A DNA stretch of 64,000 nt from TPA_inf: Saccharomyces (lineage: Eukaryota): contig BK006947.3 of assembly GCA_000146045.2 (NCBI GenBank), positions 32,001-96,000 on the forward strand. Reading direction: 5' to 3'. This document shows positions 1 to 10,070 of the stretch, in pieces. The position numbers and the translations under genes are program-made. Under the pieces are notes generated by a model. That model worked only from the letters and a program-made list of their open reading frames with translations, ran no database searches and had not been told where the DNA came from. How positions within the stretch are numbered: the stretch's first letter is position 1; each line of letters opens with the position of its first letter.

Positions 1-1188
1 GCTATAGTGTCCGGAGACAACCCAGAAGAAGAAGAAGACGTCGATGCTTCTGAGTTTGAAGAGGATGAAGTAAAGCCTGTGCGTACAAAGAACAGAAGAC
101 CCAAAGAGGATGCATTCACTCAACAAAGATTAGCGGCTATAAACCCGGTGTTAACGCCGAGGACAGTTTTGCCTCTTTATCTGTTAATTGCTGTTGTATT
201 TGTTATTGTAGGAGGGTGCATATTAGCACAGAACTCCAAAGTGGATGAAGTAACCATATATTACCAGGACTGTATGACTAACGCAACCTCATCATGGAGC
301 GACATCCCTTCTGAACATTGGCAATTTGTATTTCACAAATATAAAACATATAATACTGCACCACAATGGAGGTTTGTGGATGATGAATCAGATGACTTCA
401 CAAAACAAAGAGGTACATGCCAAATCAGGTTCACTACTCCAAGTGATATGAAAAATAACGTATATTTGAATTATGTGCTGGAAAAATTTGCTGCCAATCA
501 CAGAAGATATGTACTATCTTTTAGCGAAGATCAGATACGTGGGGAGGACGCCTCTTATGAGACGGTGCATGATGCAACCGGTATAAATTGTAAGCCACTA
601 TCTAAGAACGCCGATGGTAAAATATACTATCCATGTGGCCTAATTGCGAACTCAATGTTCAACGACACGTTCCCCCTGCAGTTAACAAATGTAGGGGATA
701 CGTCTAACAACTATTCATTGACAAATAAAGGAATCAATTGGGAATCTGATAAAAAAAGGTACAAAAAAACCAAATACAATTATACACAGATAGCACCTCC
801 ACCATATTGGGAAAAGATGTATCCAGATGGATACAACGAGACGAATATTCCTGATATTCAGGATTGGGAAGAGTTCCAAAACTGGATGAGGCCAGGTGCT
901 TTTGATAAAATTACAAAACTGATCAGAATCAATAAAAACGATACTTTGCCAGCGGGTGAATACCAGTTGGATATCGGTCTGCATTGGCCAGTATTGGAGT
1001 TTAATGGTAAGAAGGGAATCTACTTGACTCACGGTTCTCACCTTGGCGGTAGAAATCCATTTTTAGGTATAGTTTACCTGATTGGAGGCTGTATTTGTGC
1101 TGCCATGGCATTGATATTATTAACGTTTTGGCTCTTCGGCGGTAGAAAGATTGCTGATGCATCAAGTTTGTCATGGAATATGAAATAG
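1..1188 (+). CDS. LEM3: Cdc50-family flippase beta-subunit, 5'-truncated by the window edge (about 18 N-terminal codons missing)
   Basis: Frame 1 is open from base 1 (AIVSGDNPEEEE...) to the stop at 1186-1188. The ORF-track M at 7 is a GTG artefact. Two TM segments flank a large lumenal domain with N-glycosylation sites, typical of CDC50 proteins. It sits next to KRE1, as in the reference. Confidence 0.85.
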   Translation, partial: AIVSGDNPEEEEDVDASEFEEDEVKPVRTKNRRPKEDAFTQQRLAAINPVLTPRTVLPLYLLIAVVFVIVGGCILAQNSKVDEVTIYYQDCMTNATSSWSDIPSEHWQFVFHKYKTYNTAPQWRFVDDESDDFTKQRGTCQIRFTTPSDMKNNVYLNYVLEKFAANHRRYVLSFSEDQIRGEDASYETVHDATGINCKPLSKNADGKIYYPCGLIANSMFNDTFPLQLTNVGDTSNNYSLTNKGINWESDKKRYKKTKYNYTQIAPPPYWEKMYPDGYNETNIPDIQDWEEFQNWMRPGAFDKITKLIRINKNDTLPAGEYQLDIGLHWPVLEFNGKKGIYLTHGSHLGGRNPFLGIVYLIGGCICAAMALILLTFWLFGGRKIADASSLSWNMK

Positions 1189-1293
1189 AAAAGGAGTGAT
1201 GGTTTTCTTTATTTTTAACCCTGTAAAATTTTTTTATTTTTTTATTTTTACTCTTATATATGTATATGTTTGTGTTTATTTCTGAATAAAAAT

Positions 1294-2235
1294 TTATAAG
1301 AACCAAATTAAAACCGTTAATAGCCCACCCAAAATTGAAGTAAACGAACTCATACCTAGATGCTGGGCCTCATTATGCGAAACTGTTTTCTTTATTGCAG
1401 ATTTAATAACGCCTACAGTACCGGTTAAAGTACCCATCCCAATAGACCCCACGGAGGGAGAAGCGACTGTTACGTACTGGGAGGAGAAACGCTGGACAAA
1501 AGTAGTTTGCACAGTGATAGTGTTGCCCTGTCTAACAACAGTGACCCACATGGACGTTGGCGCACGTGTGGTTGTGTAAGTGGAGGTTGTACCTTCAGTG
1601 ATGGTAATGTATGAGTCAATAGATAGACTAGTGACAGCAGACACAGGAGGTTCTGTGAAGTCTGTGGAGGGGTCTGGCCTGGTGCCTGTTTCAGCTACTG
1701 CGCTCCCTGTCGATGTGGTCGTCTTTACACTGGAGGATGAACCAGACGAAGATACAGACGAGGACACAGACGAGGAGGCGGATGAAGTAGCACTGGTGCT
1801 AGAATGTGTGAACGTTTGAGTCAATGTAACTGTGGTACCCAAATCGTTTGTCGTGGTAACTGTAGATAAATACAGTCCCGAAGACAACGATGAAGTTGCG
1901 GTAGGAACAGTGGTGGTTGTCTTACCAGTAGATGAGGTAGAAGTCGTCGTGGTTGGTAGCATAGTGGCTCTGTTGACTGTCTGAGTAAGAGTGACGGTGG
2001 TTCCGACATCGTTAGTGGTAGTGAATACCGTAGTGAAGAAACCTGTTTGAGCGGTAGTTGTAGCAGCAGCAGCAGCGGTGGCAGGGTCCCATATTGTGGT
2101 CTCCGTAACCAGGGCCCCTGCGACATTTGTTACCACTGTAACCTGAGTTGTCACAGCTGCCATGACCGCAGCTGACCACAACGACAAAGAAAGTAGCAGC
2201 GTAGCGAATGAATGTAATAGCGTGCGACGCATCAT
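1294..2235 (-). CDS. KRE1: Ser/Thr-rich secreted/GPI cell-wall protein, 313 aa (beta-1,6-glucan assembly)
   Basis: Double ATG start (MMRR). N-terminal signal peptide, extreme S/T content, C-terminal hydrophobic GPI-like tail. The 313 aa length matches KRE1. Confidence 0.9.
   Translation of the reverse strand: MMRRTLLHSFATLLLSLSLWSAAVMAAVTTQVTVVTNVAGALVTETTIWDPATAAAAATTTAQTGFFTTVFTTTNDVGTTVTLTQTVNRATMLPTTTTSTSSTGKTTTTVPTATSSLSSGLYLSTVTTTNDLGTTVTLTQTFTHSSTSATSSASSSVSSSVSSSGSSSSVKTTTSTGSAVAETGTRPDPSTDFTEPPVSAVTSLSIDSYITITEGTTSTYTTTRAPTSMWVTVVRQGNTITVQTTFVQRFSSQYVTVASPSVGSIGMGTLTGTVGVIKSAIKKTVSHNEAQHLGMSSFTSILGGLLTVLIWFL
1809..2019 (-). repeat. Internal imperfect direct repeat within KRE1 (TTTND[VL]GTTVTLTQT[VF]), two copies about 54 codons apart
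   Basis: The peptide VFTTTNDVGTTVTLTQTV recurs as VTTTNDLGTTVTLTQTF in the translation; the corresponding DNA segments are near-identical. Confidence 0.8.
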
Positions 2236-2695
2236 TTTTTTTTTGATTGTCTTGCAGAAGTTGAAGAGGTCTTTACTGTAGCATATACAAGTGCTTAATT
2301 CTTGATTTTTATTTTCTTTTTTTCATAATACACGTTATAGAAAAAGCCCCATTCTCAGTTTATGAAAAAACGCGATATCACCATACACGCTGAGGTAGGG
2401 GGATACAAGGTGAAGAATGTACGCAATAAGGCGAAGTATATGGCACAATTGAGCAGTAAAAGTGTTAAAATATAGTGATATATATATATAAAATACGAGA
2501 GTACCAACTATTATGATCTTTTAATGCCCTCTTTCCGTTGAGATATTCATAATAGTAACCGTCACGGAACTGTCGCTTTATACGGTGAGGGGATTATTTA
2601 GTTCCTAATTTATATTAGATAAAGAAGATAATAAACATGAGGGATGCTGTAAATGAAAGTGAAATAACTGCTAGCTAGAAGAGCGGTAAGCAGCA

Positions 2696-5422
2696 ATGGC
2701 CAAAAATAACCACATTTCTGCCAGTGGTAACAGTACCTCTGGAGACCATCGTCTTAAAGAGGAGGTTCTGACCCCAACTACATCTGCCTCGACTCCTCAT
2801 AGAATATTTAGCGTGGACGATGATCCAAAGGAGATCCAAAACGATATCAGGTATCTTGAGGGTCTGCATGAAGGGTTGAAGTTCGCCCTGCATGCCAATA
2901 AATCCAAGCGATCTGTAAGCTCGCAATCACCAATCGTACATAGCAGCAACAACACGCTGCACCACCACGAGCACCAACAACACTTGCCGCCCACACTAGA
3001 GTCGCTATCCTCCAAGTCGCACTCTGTGCCAGACTTAAATACAGCTACTCCCAGCTCTCCGAAACGAATGCATTCATCTATCCGGGAATTACCTCATGAT
3101 GACAATGATGACGAGGACGCCAATGATGACAGTCGGTTCATTATACACGACTCGCACGGCCATGATTTACTTATAGACGAGATCAATTGCCAGTCGCCTT
3201 CACACTTGGAAAACAATGACCAGGCGTCTAATGCTTCGTCCACAGAGTCATTCACTTTACGAGAAAGACAGGACGCCATCAACGAGACCCACCCCTTCGG
3301 TATCAGGATATGGAAGCCTGCTTTATATAAGAAACACCGTTCAGTTCAAAGAACCGCGGCGCAAGACATTCACGAGACTCAGTTGAAGACTATTACCTGG
3401 GAGGTGACTTGTTCCAATGTGCTATGGTTTATTTTGTTCGGTTTCCCCATTGCGATACTCTTCTACTCGGCGGCTATTGTGGTATTTTTACTAGGCGGCG
3501 GAGGACTGGTAACGAACTCTGCGAAGGAGTACTCCAAGTGTCTGTATAAACTCGCCAATTATTTCCTTTGGCCTTTTGGCAAAATGGTATACTTGTTGCA
3601 GGACGAGCAATATTTACAAGAAGATAAGGATGAAGGTATTAGTATGCAGCAATTCTACAATTGGGTGACTTCATACTCCAACAGGCTGGTCTTCCACCAG
3701 TCTCAGGCCAAGTTTCAGCAAAGAGAGGACCATCCGGCCCCTGCAACGGAATCTTCGTCTTTGATGCCGCCCGCTAACACAACAGCAACACCGCTTAACT
3801 CGAACCATCCATCATATAATTCTATTAGACACGAAATTCCGCACGCAGCGGCTCAAAGACGGTACTTTGGGAGAGGAAAATGGAGCTGGGGTCGTGTTCT
3901 TTTCTATACAATCTTCCATCTCGTCTTGCAACCCATCCTTGCCGTCTTATCTCTTTGCCTCTGGCTCCTGGTGTTTACCATTCCCATGAGTAATGTTCTT
4001 TGGCAAATTATGTATCATTGCAGAAGACATCCGCTTGCATTAGGCTTCAAATATGTCGAGAACTCCTCCCAATCGCACGAAAATGAAATAACCCAGCAGC
4101 AATTGAACAAAAATATCCTCTTATGTACGTTCCGTGCCGCTGGCTGGCATTACTACAAGTACACAGTTGATGGTACAAATGTTATTGTTGTGAATTTAAT
4201 ATCCATCGTTTTCTTTACAATTTTTGACTTTTATGTTTTGAAAAATTTCCTGCATTGGAAAACGTGGTTCACATACGAATCCTCAATATTCATTCTTTGT
4301 TTGACATCCACCATCCCACTAGCATTTTACATTGGACAAGCAGTCGCATCGATCTCTGCTCAAACTTCCATGGGTGTCGGTGCTGTCATTAATGCATTTT
4401 TCTCGACCATTGTGGAAATTTTCTTGTACTGCGTTGCATTGCAACAAAAAAAGGGTCTTCTAGTGGAAGGATCCATGATTGGTTCCATTCTAGGTGCCGT
4501 TCTATTATTACCAGGTCTGTCCATGTGCGGTGGTGCTCTAAATAGGAAAACACAAAGATACAACCCTGCTAGCGCTGGTGTCTCTTCCGCATTGTTAATA
4601 TTTTCCATGATTGTAATGTTTGTCCCCACCGTTTTATACGAGATATATGGCGGCTACTCGGTAAACTGTGCAGACGGTGCTAACGACCGTGACTGTACTT
4701 TCTCGCATCCTCCCCTGAAGTTCAACCGTTTATTCACTCATGTTATTCAACCTATGTCCATATCTTGTGCCATTGTTCTCTTCTGTGCTTATATCATTGG
4801 CTTGTGGTTCACCCTTAGAACACATGCAAAGATGATTTGGCAATTGCCTATTGCGGACCCAACCTCGACCGCACCAGAACAACAGGAACAAAATTCTCAC
4901 GATGCACCCAATTGGTCAAGAAGCAAGTCTACTTGTATTTTACTTATGTCTACGCTCCTGTACGCAATAATTGCAGAAATCCTTGTTTCCTGTGTTGATG
5001 CTGTCCTAGAAGATATTCCCTCCTTGAATCCAAAGTTTCTAGGTCTCACCATTTTTGCTCTGATCCCCAATACGACAGAGTTTTTGAATGCCATTTCATT
5101 TGCCATCCATGGTAATGTAGCGTTATCAATGGAAATCGGTAGTGCTTATGCTTTACAGGTTTGTCTTTTACAAATCCCATCCTTAGTCATTTATTCCATT
5201 TTCTATACGTGGAATGTTAAAAAGTCGATGATTAATATCAGAACACAGATGTTCCCATTAGTCTTTCCCCGTTGGGACATATTTGGTGCTATGACGAGTG
5301 TTTTCATGTTCACCTATTTGTATGCTGAGGGTAAAAGTAACTATTTCAAGGGTTCCATGTTGATATTACTATATATCATTATTGTTGTAGGATTCTACTT
5401 CCAGGGAGCTCTTTCGGAGTAG
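2696..5422 (+). CDS. VNX1: Vacuolar monovalent cation/H+ antiporter of the CAX family, 908 aa
   Basis: ATG at 2696. Long hydrophilic N-terminus followed by multiple TM helices with Ca/Na exchanger alpha-repeat-like segments. The 908 aa length matches VNX1. Confidence 0.9.
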   Translation: MAKNNHISASGNSTSGDHRLKEEVLTPTTSASTPHRIFSVDDDPKEIQNDIRYLEGLHEGLKFALHANKSKRSVSSQSPIVHSSNNTLHHHEHQQHLPPTLESLSSKSHSVPDLNTATPSSPKRMHSSIRELPHDDNDDEDANDDSRFIIHDSHGHDLLIDEINCQSPSHLENNDQASNASSTESFTLRERQDAINETHPFGIRIWKPALYKKHRSVQRTAAQDIHETQLKTITWEVTCSNVLWFILFGFPIAILFYSAAIVVFLLGGGGLVTNSAKEYSKCLYKLANYFLWPFGKMVYLLQDEQYLQEDKDEGISMQQFYNWVTSYSNRLVFHQSQAKFQQREDHPAPATESSSLMPPANTTATPLNSNHPSYNSIRHEIPHAAAQRRYFGRGKWSWGRVLFYTIFHLVLQPILAVLSLCLWLLVFTIPMSNVLWQIMYHCRRHPLALGFKYVENSSQSHENEITQQQLNKNILLCTFRAAGWHYYKYTVDGTNVIVVNLISIVFFTIFDFYVLKNFLHWKTWFTYESSIFILCLTSTIPLAFYIGQAVASISAQTSMGVGAVINAFFSTIVEIFLYCVALQQKKGLLVEGSMIGSILGAVLLLPGLSMCGGALNRKTQRYNPASAGVSSALLIFSMIVMFVPTVLYEIYGGYSVNCADGANDRDCTFSHPPLKFNRLFTHVIQPMSISCAIVLFCAYIIGLWFTLRTHAKMIWQLPIADPTSTAPEQQEQNSHDAPNWSRSKSTCILLMSTLLYAIIAEILVSCVDAVLEDIPSLNPKFLGLTIFALIPNTTEFLNAISFAIHGNVALSMEIGSAYALQVCLLQIPSLVIYSIFYTWNVKKSMINIRTQMFPLVFPRWDIFGAMTSVFMFTYLYAEGKSNYFKGSMLILLYIIIVVGFYFQGALSE

Positions 5423-5699
5423 AAAGCAACTGTCCCCGCTTTTCACCTGGATACCTACCAATTTTTCTTTTTCTTATATCTTTGTATTGTTTGTCTTTCT
5501 TATTACTTTTTATTCTATATAGTCTTTAGTTAATTAATTACCCGCAACGATCATTAACACCTCTTAAATTGATCTACTCACAATTGGGTTGTTCTTATAC
5601 TTAGAGAGGTGCGTTCCTCGAAATAACTCGAATCAAGCCCACACCTGCTCCCTTTTTTATTTCTCCGTCAATTGCACTGTAGAATCCTTTTCTGGTCTC

Positions 5700-6554
5700 A
5701 TGTTGTGGAAAGTTTCTAAGATGTTCTTGGGTGGCTTGGTAGCGCTAACAACAATATCGGTTGCGACCCTTTATCACTACCAAAATCGCCTAGTCTACCC
5801 ATCATGGGCTCAAGGCGCCAGGAATCATGTTGACACTCCTGATTCCCGTGGAATCCCTTATGAAAAGCTAACCCTAATTACACAAGACCACATTAAACTC
5901 GAGGCATGGGATATCAAGAATGAAAACTCAACAAGTACTGTGTTGATCTTATGTCCCAATGCCGGTAATATTGGATACTTTATACTAATAATTGACATTT
6001 TCTATCGTCAGTTTGGAATGAGTGTATTTATTTATTCGTATCGTGGTTATGGTAACTCAGAAGGTTCACCCAGCGAAAAGGGTTTGAAATTGGACGCTGA
6101 TTGTGTCATATCGCATTTGTCAACGGATTCTTTCCATTCAAAGAGAAAACTAGTATTGTATGGTAGATCTCTAGGTGGTGCTAATGCTCTTTACATTGCT
6201 TCAAAATTTCGGGATCTATGCGATGGCGTTATACTGGAGAATACATTTTTGAGTATTCGAAAAGTTATCCCATATATTTTCCCCCTTTTGAAACGCTTTA
6301 CGCTTTTATGTCACGAAATCTGGAATTCAGAAGGCCTTATGGGAAGCTGTAGTTCAGAGACGCCATTCTTGTTTTTAAGTGGATTAAAAGATGAAATCGT
6401 TCCACCCTTCCACATGAGGAAACTGTACGAAACATGTCCTAGTTCGAACAAAAAGATTTTCGAATTTCCACTTGGTTCACACAATGATACTATTATTCAA
6501 GATGGGTACTGGGATATAATAAGAGATTTTCTAATAGAGAAGGGTTTTATCTAA
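5700..6554 (+). CDS. YNL320W: Alpha/beta-hydrolase fold protein (BEM46/ABHD13-like), 284 aa
   Basis: The true ATG is at 5700 (MLWKVSKMF). The ORF-track start at 5589 is a TTG codon. N-terminal TM helix, and a GRSLGG nucleophile-elbow (GxSxG) motif. Confidence 0.85.
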   Translation: MLWKVSKMFLGGLVALTTISVATLYHYQNRLVYPSWAQGARNHVDTPDSRGIPYEKLTLITQDHIKLEAWDIKNENSTSTVLILCPNAGNIGYFILIIDIFYRQFGMSVFIYSYRGYGNSEGSPSEKGLKLDADCVISHLSTDSFHSKRKLVLYGRSLGGANALYIASKFRDLCDGVILENTFLSIRKVIPYIFPLLKRFTLLCHEIWNSEGLMGSCSSETPFLFLSGLKDEIVPPFHMRKLYETCPSSNKKIFEFPLGSHNDTIIQDGYWDIIRDFLIEKGFI

Positions 6555-6641
6555 AAGTAATAATCAAAATATTTGATAGATTTATTTACTTTACTGTATG
6601 TAAAGAAAATGTGGTCAGTCCTCACGGCCACTTAGTTACTG

Positions 6642-7082
6642 ATGGTTATTTATTATGGAAAAAAAAACTGCACTTTGCTACTTCTTCTATTTATATTATG
6701 TAATATCTACTCCGGTTCAAATATTTTATTGATCTCTTGCTCATTCTTTTTCCTCGTTTCAGGAACTAGTATCCAACTGAATATTATCAACGCTAATAGG
6801 CAAGCAGCAAATATGTATCCTAGTTTGAAATCAATTTTGGATACAATCATTGGTGTTAAAAGTGATATTAAGAAATTGAACATCCAATTGATAAATGTGC
6901 AAATAGCCATTGATATGGCCCTCGTTCTTAGAGGGAACAATTCGGACACTAGTACAAATGTAACTGGGCCCAATGTTATTGCAAACCAAAAAATAAAACA
7001 ACAAGTCACGATAATTAAAACAATATTTGAGAAGTCCGTTTCTCTTCCAAATGTCCCCACAGTAGCATATGTCATCATATAA
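6642..7082 (+). CDS. YNL319W: Dubious ORF (146 aa) antisense to the 3' end of HXT14; probably non-coding
   Basis: ATG at 6642. Completely overlaps the conserved C-terminal coding region of the hexose transporter on the opposite strand. Low-complexity translation. Confidence 0.2.
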   Translation: MVIYYGKKNCTLLLLLFILCNIYSGSNILLISCSFFFLVSGTSIQLNIINANRQAANMYPSLKSILDTIIGVKSDIKKLNIQLINVQIAIDMALVLRGNNSDTSTNVTGPNVIANQKIKQQVTIIKTIFEKSVSLPNVPTVAYVII

Positions 7083-8329
7083 AATAATAAATTTGTTGAA
7101 CCATATAATAAACATGTCTTGTGGCCCCATTTCTCCACGTAATATATGCCTAATATCGTAGAAAGGAAGTTAACACTTGACAGTATGATTGAAGTAATAT
7201 AAGGATCCTTAATCCCGACACCTTTGAAAACAGACGTTCCGTAATAAAAGAAATAATTTATTCCGGACAGCTGTTGAAATGCCATTATCATCATACCAAT
7301 AATCAGTCTCAACCATAACTTTGGCTTTCCCATAATAAATTCAAATGTGTTTCTTTTAACTAAGCTTTGCTTTTTTGATTCGTTGTTAGTTTCCTCATTA
7401 TTATAGTTATTTTCCAGCAAATCATCGATGAATTCAATTACCATGCTATCCGTCGCAGGGATGCCATTCATCCTCGCAAAAGAGTATTTAGCAGAGGGCA
7501 CATCATTTTTGATTTTTGCCAAGTACTGTGGAGATTCAGGAACGTAAACAAGTGACATTCCAATTATAATTGCCCAAATGTATCCCAAGAACAATGGCAA
7601 TTGCCAGGCTATATTTTGTGTAGGATCTTTATAACATCTTTCGCATATGAAATTTAAAATGTTTCCCATTAGTATGCCAAATGTTACAATCAATTGATAC
7701 GTAGATACCATGGAGCCTCTGATTTTTAGTGGAGAATTCTCGGAGAGAAACATTGGCACCAAGACAGTGGTTACTCCCACACCGATTCCCGTTACGGCTC
7801 TTCCCAATGTCAAAAAATACCACCTTCCATAGGAGAGAATTTGAATGGTTATACCGATGCAGTACACTACTAAGGCAAACCATATACCACCTTTCCTACC
7901 AATCCAATCACCGATTTTTGACAGAGTTAAAGCCCCTACGCCACAACTGATGTTAAAAATACTGATAATTAGGCCTATTTGCAGATCAGTAAGTTTCTTA
8001 GTAGATACAAAAATTGTTTCATCGTCATGGATAATATTAGTTGTGCCAAATTTTTCTTGAAAGCTAACCATATTTGTCATTCCACCGATGGTTCCAATGT
8101 CCCATCCAAAAATAAAGCCACCAAGCGAGATTACCAAGCACAATAAAACGGGAATATGCAGACTCGCATTGTGACTAATCTTTGCTGCTTGGCCTTCTAT
8201 ATTTTCTTCTTTATCATCTAGATACTTAATGGTTACATTATAATCCCTTCCCCTGCCTGCATCAAGCTCATTATTGTGAAAATGAGAGATGTATCCCGAG
8301 CTATGTTGATACGGAATCTGAGCAGTCAT
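6707..8329 (-). CDS. HXT14: MFS hexose transporter family member, 540 aa
   Basis: The true ATG is at 8329 (MTAQIPYQ). The ORF-track start at 8338 is a TTG codon. Twelve predicted TM segments; sugar-porter signatures GR[KR] and PESPQ(Y)L are present. Confidence 0.9.
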   Translation of the reverse strand: MTAQIPYQHSSGYISHFHNNELDAGRGRDYNVTIKYLDDKEENIEGQAAKISHNASLHIPVLLCLVISLGGFIFGWDIGTIGGMTNMVSFQEKFGTTNIIHDDETIFVSTKKLTDLQIGLIISIFNISCGVGALTLSKIGDWIGRKGGIWFALVVYCIGITIQILSYGRWYFLTLGRAVTGIGVGVTTVLVPMFLSENSPLKIRGSMVSTYQLIVTFGILMGNILNFICERCYKDPTQNIAWQLPLFLGYIWAIIIGMSLVYVPESPQYLAKIKNDVPSAKYSFARMNGIPATDSMVIEFIDDLLENNYNNEETNNESKKQSLVKRNTFEFIMGKPKLWLRLIIGMMIMAFQQLSGINYFFYYGTSVFKGVGIKDPYITSIILSSVNFLSTILGIYYVEKWGHKTCLLYGSTNLLFYMMTYATVGTFGRETDFSNIVLIIVTCCFIFWFAITLGPVTFVLVSELFPLRTRAISMAICTFINWMFNFLISLLTPMIVSKIDFKLGYIFAACLLALIIFSWILVPETRKKNEQEINKIFEPE

Positions 8330-8618
8330 TTCTAGCAATAATTGAAGTACTTTACTTCCTAAGAATACGTTAACAAATTCTTTGTTAGTATTTCTAATTA
8401 AAAGTGGTTAATTGTTCTGTTAAACAGTATTCAATGTTGCTATTTGAATTTGTGTCATCATTAGAATTACTGACATTTTTATTTTCTATTTTTTTTTCTA
8501 TTTTTTTTCCTCTTCTTTTGAGGGCCGACGTATCGATTTGTCAAGGGAAGTATAATTAAAGAAAGCACTGATATACAGGTTGCTGGGTAGATATTAAGAA
8601 GCTCAACATAGACACGTT

Positions 8619-10016
8619 ATGGACGGGCATAATCAGAACCAGTACCAGAATCAGAATCAAATTCAGCAGTCACAACAACCACCTCTGAAGAAATATGTGA
8701 CACAGAGACGATCGGTAGACGTGAGTTCTCCGTATATTAACCTATATTACAACAGACGACATGGATTACCGAACCTAGTGGTAGAGCCAGAAACTTCATA
8801 CACAATAGATATAATGCCGCCTAATGCCTACAGAGGTCGAGATCGAGTCATAAATTTGCCCAGCAAATTTACGCATTTAAGCTCGAATAAAGTGAAACAT
8901 GTGATACCCGCCATCCAATGGACCCCAGAAGGCAGAAGACTTGTAGTAGCAACTTATAGCGGAGAATTTTCTCTATGGAACGCATCTTCGTTTACGTTTG
9001 AAACCCTCATGCAAGCACATGATTCGGCTGTGACTACAATGAAATATTCTCACGACAGTGATTGGATGATTAGTGGGGACGCAGATGGAATGATTAAGAT
9101 ATGGCAACCAAACTTTAGTATGGTTAAAGAAATTGATGCTGCACACACGGAAAGTATTAGGGATATGGCATTCAGTAGTAACGACTCGAAATTTGTTACC
9201 TGTTCAGATGATAATATCTTGAAGATTTGGAACTTCAGCAATGGCAAACAAGAAAGAGTATTATCGGGGCACCACTGGGACGTGAAAAGTTGTGATTGGC
9301 ATCCCGAGATGGGGTTAATTGCCTCCGCATCTAAGGACAATTTAGTAAAACTGTGGGATCCGCGTTCCGGAAACTGCATATCATCAATTCTGAAGTTCAA
9401 ACATACTGTCTTGAAGACGCGATTTCAACCCACCAAGGGAAATCTATTAATGGCGATTTCAAAAGATAAATCGTGTCGTGTGTTCGACATTAGATACAGT
9501 ATGAAGGAACTAATGTGTGTAAGAGATGAAACGGATTATATGACACTAGAATGGCACCCAATAAATGAATCTATGTTCACTCTGGCGTGCTATGACGGCT
9601 CGCTAAAGCATTTTGATCTTTTACAAAATCTAAACGAACCTATTTTGACTATTCCATACGCCCATGATAAGTGTATCACCTCGTTATCATATAATCCAGT
9701 AGGACATATATTTGCCACAGCAGCTAAGGATAGAACCATAAGATTTTGGACTAGAGCGAGGCCAATTGATCCTAATGCATATGATGATCCAACTTATAAC
9801 AATAAGAAGATAAATGGATGGTTTTTTGGCATCAATAACGACATCAATGCTGTGAGAGAGAAGAGTGAATTCGGTGCGGCCCCGCCACCACCAGCTACAC
9901 TTGAACCACATGCGTTACCAAACATGAATGGATTCATCAACAAGAAACCGCGTCAAGAAATCCCAGGCATCGATTCAAACATCAAGAGTTCCACATTGCC
10001 AGGTTTAAGCATATAA
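8619..10016 (+). CDS. PFS2: WD40-repeat subunit of cleavage and polyadenylation factor, 465 aa
   Basis: ATG at 8619. Q/N-rich N-terminus, then multiple WD repeats (…SGDADGMIKIWQ…, …CSDDNILKIWN…, …ASKDNLVKLWD…). Length 465 aa. Confidence 0.9.
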   Translation: MDGHNQNQYQNQNQIQQSQQPPLKKYVTQRRSVDVSSPYINLYYNRRHGLPNLVVEPETSYTIDIMPPNAYRGRDRVINLPSKFTHLSSNKVKHVIPAIQWTPEGRRLVVATYSGEFSLWNASSFTFETLMQAHDSAVTTMKYSHDSDWMISGDADGMIKIWQPNFSMVKEIDAAHTESIRDMAFSSNDSKFVTCSDDNILKIWNFSNGKQERVLSGHHWDVKSCDWHPEMGLIASASKDNLVKLWDPRSGNCISSILKFKHTVLKTRFQPTKGNLLMAISKDKSCRVFDIRYSMKELMCVRDETDYMTLEWHPINESMFTLACYDGSLKHFDLLQNLNEPILTIPYAHDKCITSLSYNPVGHIFATAAKDRTIRFWTRARPIDPNAYDDPTYNNKKINGWFFGINNDINAVREKSEFGAAPPPPATLEPHALPNMNGFINKKPRQEIPGIDSNIKSSTLPGLSI

Positions 10017-10070
10017 AAGTGCGCTTTGACGAGATTTTAGGATACATAAATAAAAAGACTATATAACATA

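Noticed and set aside
1580-1819. Plus-strand 79-aa acidic ORF (…DEPDEDTDEDTDEEADE…) inside KRE1
   Set aside because: It is the reverse complement of the KRE1 Ser/Thr-codon run. This is a compositional artefact, not an overlapping gene.
6707-8338. ORF-track lengths that are 3-37 codons longer than known proteins (HXT14 543 vs 540, CLA4 845 vs 842, ATP11 330 vs 318, MRPS18 218 vs 217, YNL320W 321 vs 284)
   Set aside because: Inspection shows the track initiates at TTG/GTG codons translated as M. The first genuine ATG reproduces the expected protein in each case, so these are not N-terminal extensions. STB1 and PHA2 are different: their upstream starts are true ATGs, and they are reported as findings.
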